A stretch of DNA of 64,000 bases, from NCBI GenBank assembly GCA_030704615.1, contig CM060733.1:9858001-9922000 (forward strand), in the 5' to 3' direction. The notes beneath the pieces are model-generated. The model was not told the origin of the DNA. It searched no databases and worked only from the letters and a program-made list of their open reading frames with translations. This DNA comes from Takakia lepidozioides (lineage: Eukaryota; Plantae; Bryophyta). Each line of letters opens with the position of its first letter. The stretch's first letter is position 1. Positions 62,253 through 64,000 of this stretch are shown piece after piece. Both the position numbers and the translations under genes were made by a program.

Positions 62253-62976
62253 TTTGTTCAAAAATCTCTTTCCTGCATCTCAGAGCCAGATAGCCATGCA
62301 TTCAATACACACAATATTCGCCTCTGGTTGTGTTCCTAGAGCCTCAAAATTCATTCTTACACCCACAAATCTACCTAAATATTGTATGCCGAAAGCAGAT
62401 CTTGGCTGACTGTCTCAGTGTGTTGCTCCCTTCGAAGTACATTCAGACAGGAGGCTGGATATCAATTGAAAGTATATGAGAACTTGGTACAGCAGCCAAA
62501 GACCAGGAATTGCATTTGGTGCTACCTCCACTAATATAAGCAAATTCCAATACCAGACCAACACTAGTTTAGATAATCTATGTGGAATTTTCTTTGAAAA
62601 ATATCTAATTATAAACACAGACAAATTTACAAATCAGTGTAGCAACGGCGCCCCGAGCGTGTGAGCTAGGCTCATGCTTTACCCACTAAGCATGAGTCCA
62701 CATTTTTTGGTAAGTTGCTATTTGTCAAAGGGGAGGGGAGGTCTAGTATTGGCATCATGCTTTCATTAGCTGGTATGAGTATTCAAATTTTTTTGTAGGT
62801 ATCACATAAGGTAAGTATGAATGATGCTTAGTATCATGCTTACTTCGATTGGCGTCCCCTCCCTCTGAATAATGCAGTACATTAAATGTTCATGACCTGA
62901 TATGACTTTGATCAGGTGAGAAGTTTAGTATTCGGTATAGTTTAAAACTCAAACTGCTCAAAAAATCTGCATCAAT

Positions 62977-64000
62977 GGGCCAACGGCACAGGCCTAGTCA
63001 ATCAATATATGAAGCGAGACGTTTTGTTTTGTTTGTTTGTTTGTTTTTCAAGTACTTTGGGTCATTGGAAATTCGTGCAAAAATAGCAAAGTGGGCTGTC
63101 TTGGGACAATCGATATATGATGCAAGCGAGTTTGTTTGTTTGTTTGTCACGTTGAGATGTCCCAAACCGCGGGCCCCAGCCCTAGTGCTTGGTACCGTTG
63201 GAAAGCCCTCGACGAGGAGGGGTGCACCGGCTTGGTCTCATGATTTTTGAACCTGTGGTGTGGGGGAGATGGAATTTCAAGTATTTTTGGTCGCTCAAAA
63301 AAAATAGCAAAGTGGGCTTTCTGGGACAAGGATTGGAGCCTCAACAAGAGAGATATCAAGGAAAAGGTCTCTGGTTCAAATCTGGTCGTAGGCTCTGTGG
63401 AAAAAAAAGATTAGACTTAGATGACTTAGATGACATTGGACACTTAGGCCTCTACGTGAGAGATGCACTTGGATACATGAATAGAAGATGGCACTGGGGC
63501 TTAGATGGGCCTCTACATAGGAGACGCACTTGGATACATATGGGTTTGCATTTGGACTTAGATGACAGTGCACACTTGGGCCAACGGCACAAGCTACCCT
63601 AGTCTATATATGAAGTGAGGCATTTGTTTTGTTTTGTTTTGTTTTGTAGCGTCGGTGAGACCTCCCAAACCGCGGGCCCAGCCCCGGTGGTGGCGTTGGA
63701 AAGCCCTCGATGACTCAATGAGGAGGGGTGCACGGGGTTGGTCTCATGTATTTGGACTTGCGGAATGGGAGATATGGAATTTCAAATACTTTTGGTCGCT
63801 GGAAATTCCCAAAAATAGCAAAGTGGGATTTCCTGGAACAATGATTGGAGCCTCGACGGGAGATACATTGATATATTAGTACTTAATAAATTCATGGAAA
63901 AGAATAAATGGGGCCTTGACATGGGAGACATACTTGGATACATAGGAGATTTTAAATGACATTGGACATTTGGGCCTCTAAATGGGAGATGCACTTGGAT
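62977..64000 (+). mobile_element. Head-to-tail array of non-autonomous Helitrons, continuing beyond the window
   Basis: CTAG|TC junctions at 62997/62998 and 63602/63603; units homologous to 16782-17231. Confidence 0.75.

Noticed and set aside
62671-62696. 9-bp-stem hairpin ctcatgctt...aagcatgag (a similar one lies near 32325-32348)
   Set aside because: Too short to distinguish from chance or from TE debris

Overview
Intron-rich eukaryotic nuclear DNA from a land plant; gene structure and repeat content suggest a non-seed plant such as a bryophyte, but the species cannot be fixed from sequence alone. Host genes, all on the + strand: the 3' part of a DUF676 lipase/serine-esterase gene (to 4082); a seipin gene with a very long N-terminal extension (5933-10531); an ectodomain-deleted, kinase-intact duplicate of a malectin-like LRR receptor kinase (~11760-15977); a family-1 UDP-glycosyltransferase (28559-31246); and the full-length malectin-like LRR receptor kinase (49422-62252). 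Two large transposons lie between them. (1) A decayed 7.9-kb Ty3/gypsy LTR retrotransposon (17825-25722) with a tRNA-Ala PBS, an extra ORF upstream of gag and a dUTPase-like domain between protease and RT. Its ends are circularly permuted (A...B-ta-A-B), which is what integration of a 2-LTR circle cut at an LTR-internal ACATATGT palindrome would produce; this is the top candidate for an undescribed mechanism. (2) A 12.4-kb Mutator-like element (35864-48289) with long TIRs and a perfect 9-bp TSD. It carries a SWIM-type DDE transposase, a convergent Zn-finger/Gln-rich/Ulp1-protease gene and dense AGTCYG motif arrays reminiscent of VANDAL/VANC anti-silencing targets. Also present: non-autonomous Helitrons (one in a head-to-tail array), tRNA-derived SINEs, LINE remnants and several tandem repeats. 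All calls are by eye; no database searches were run.
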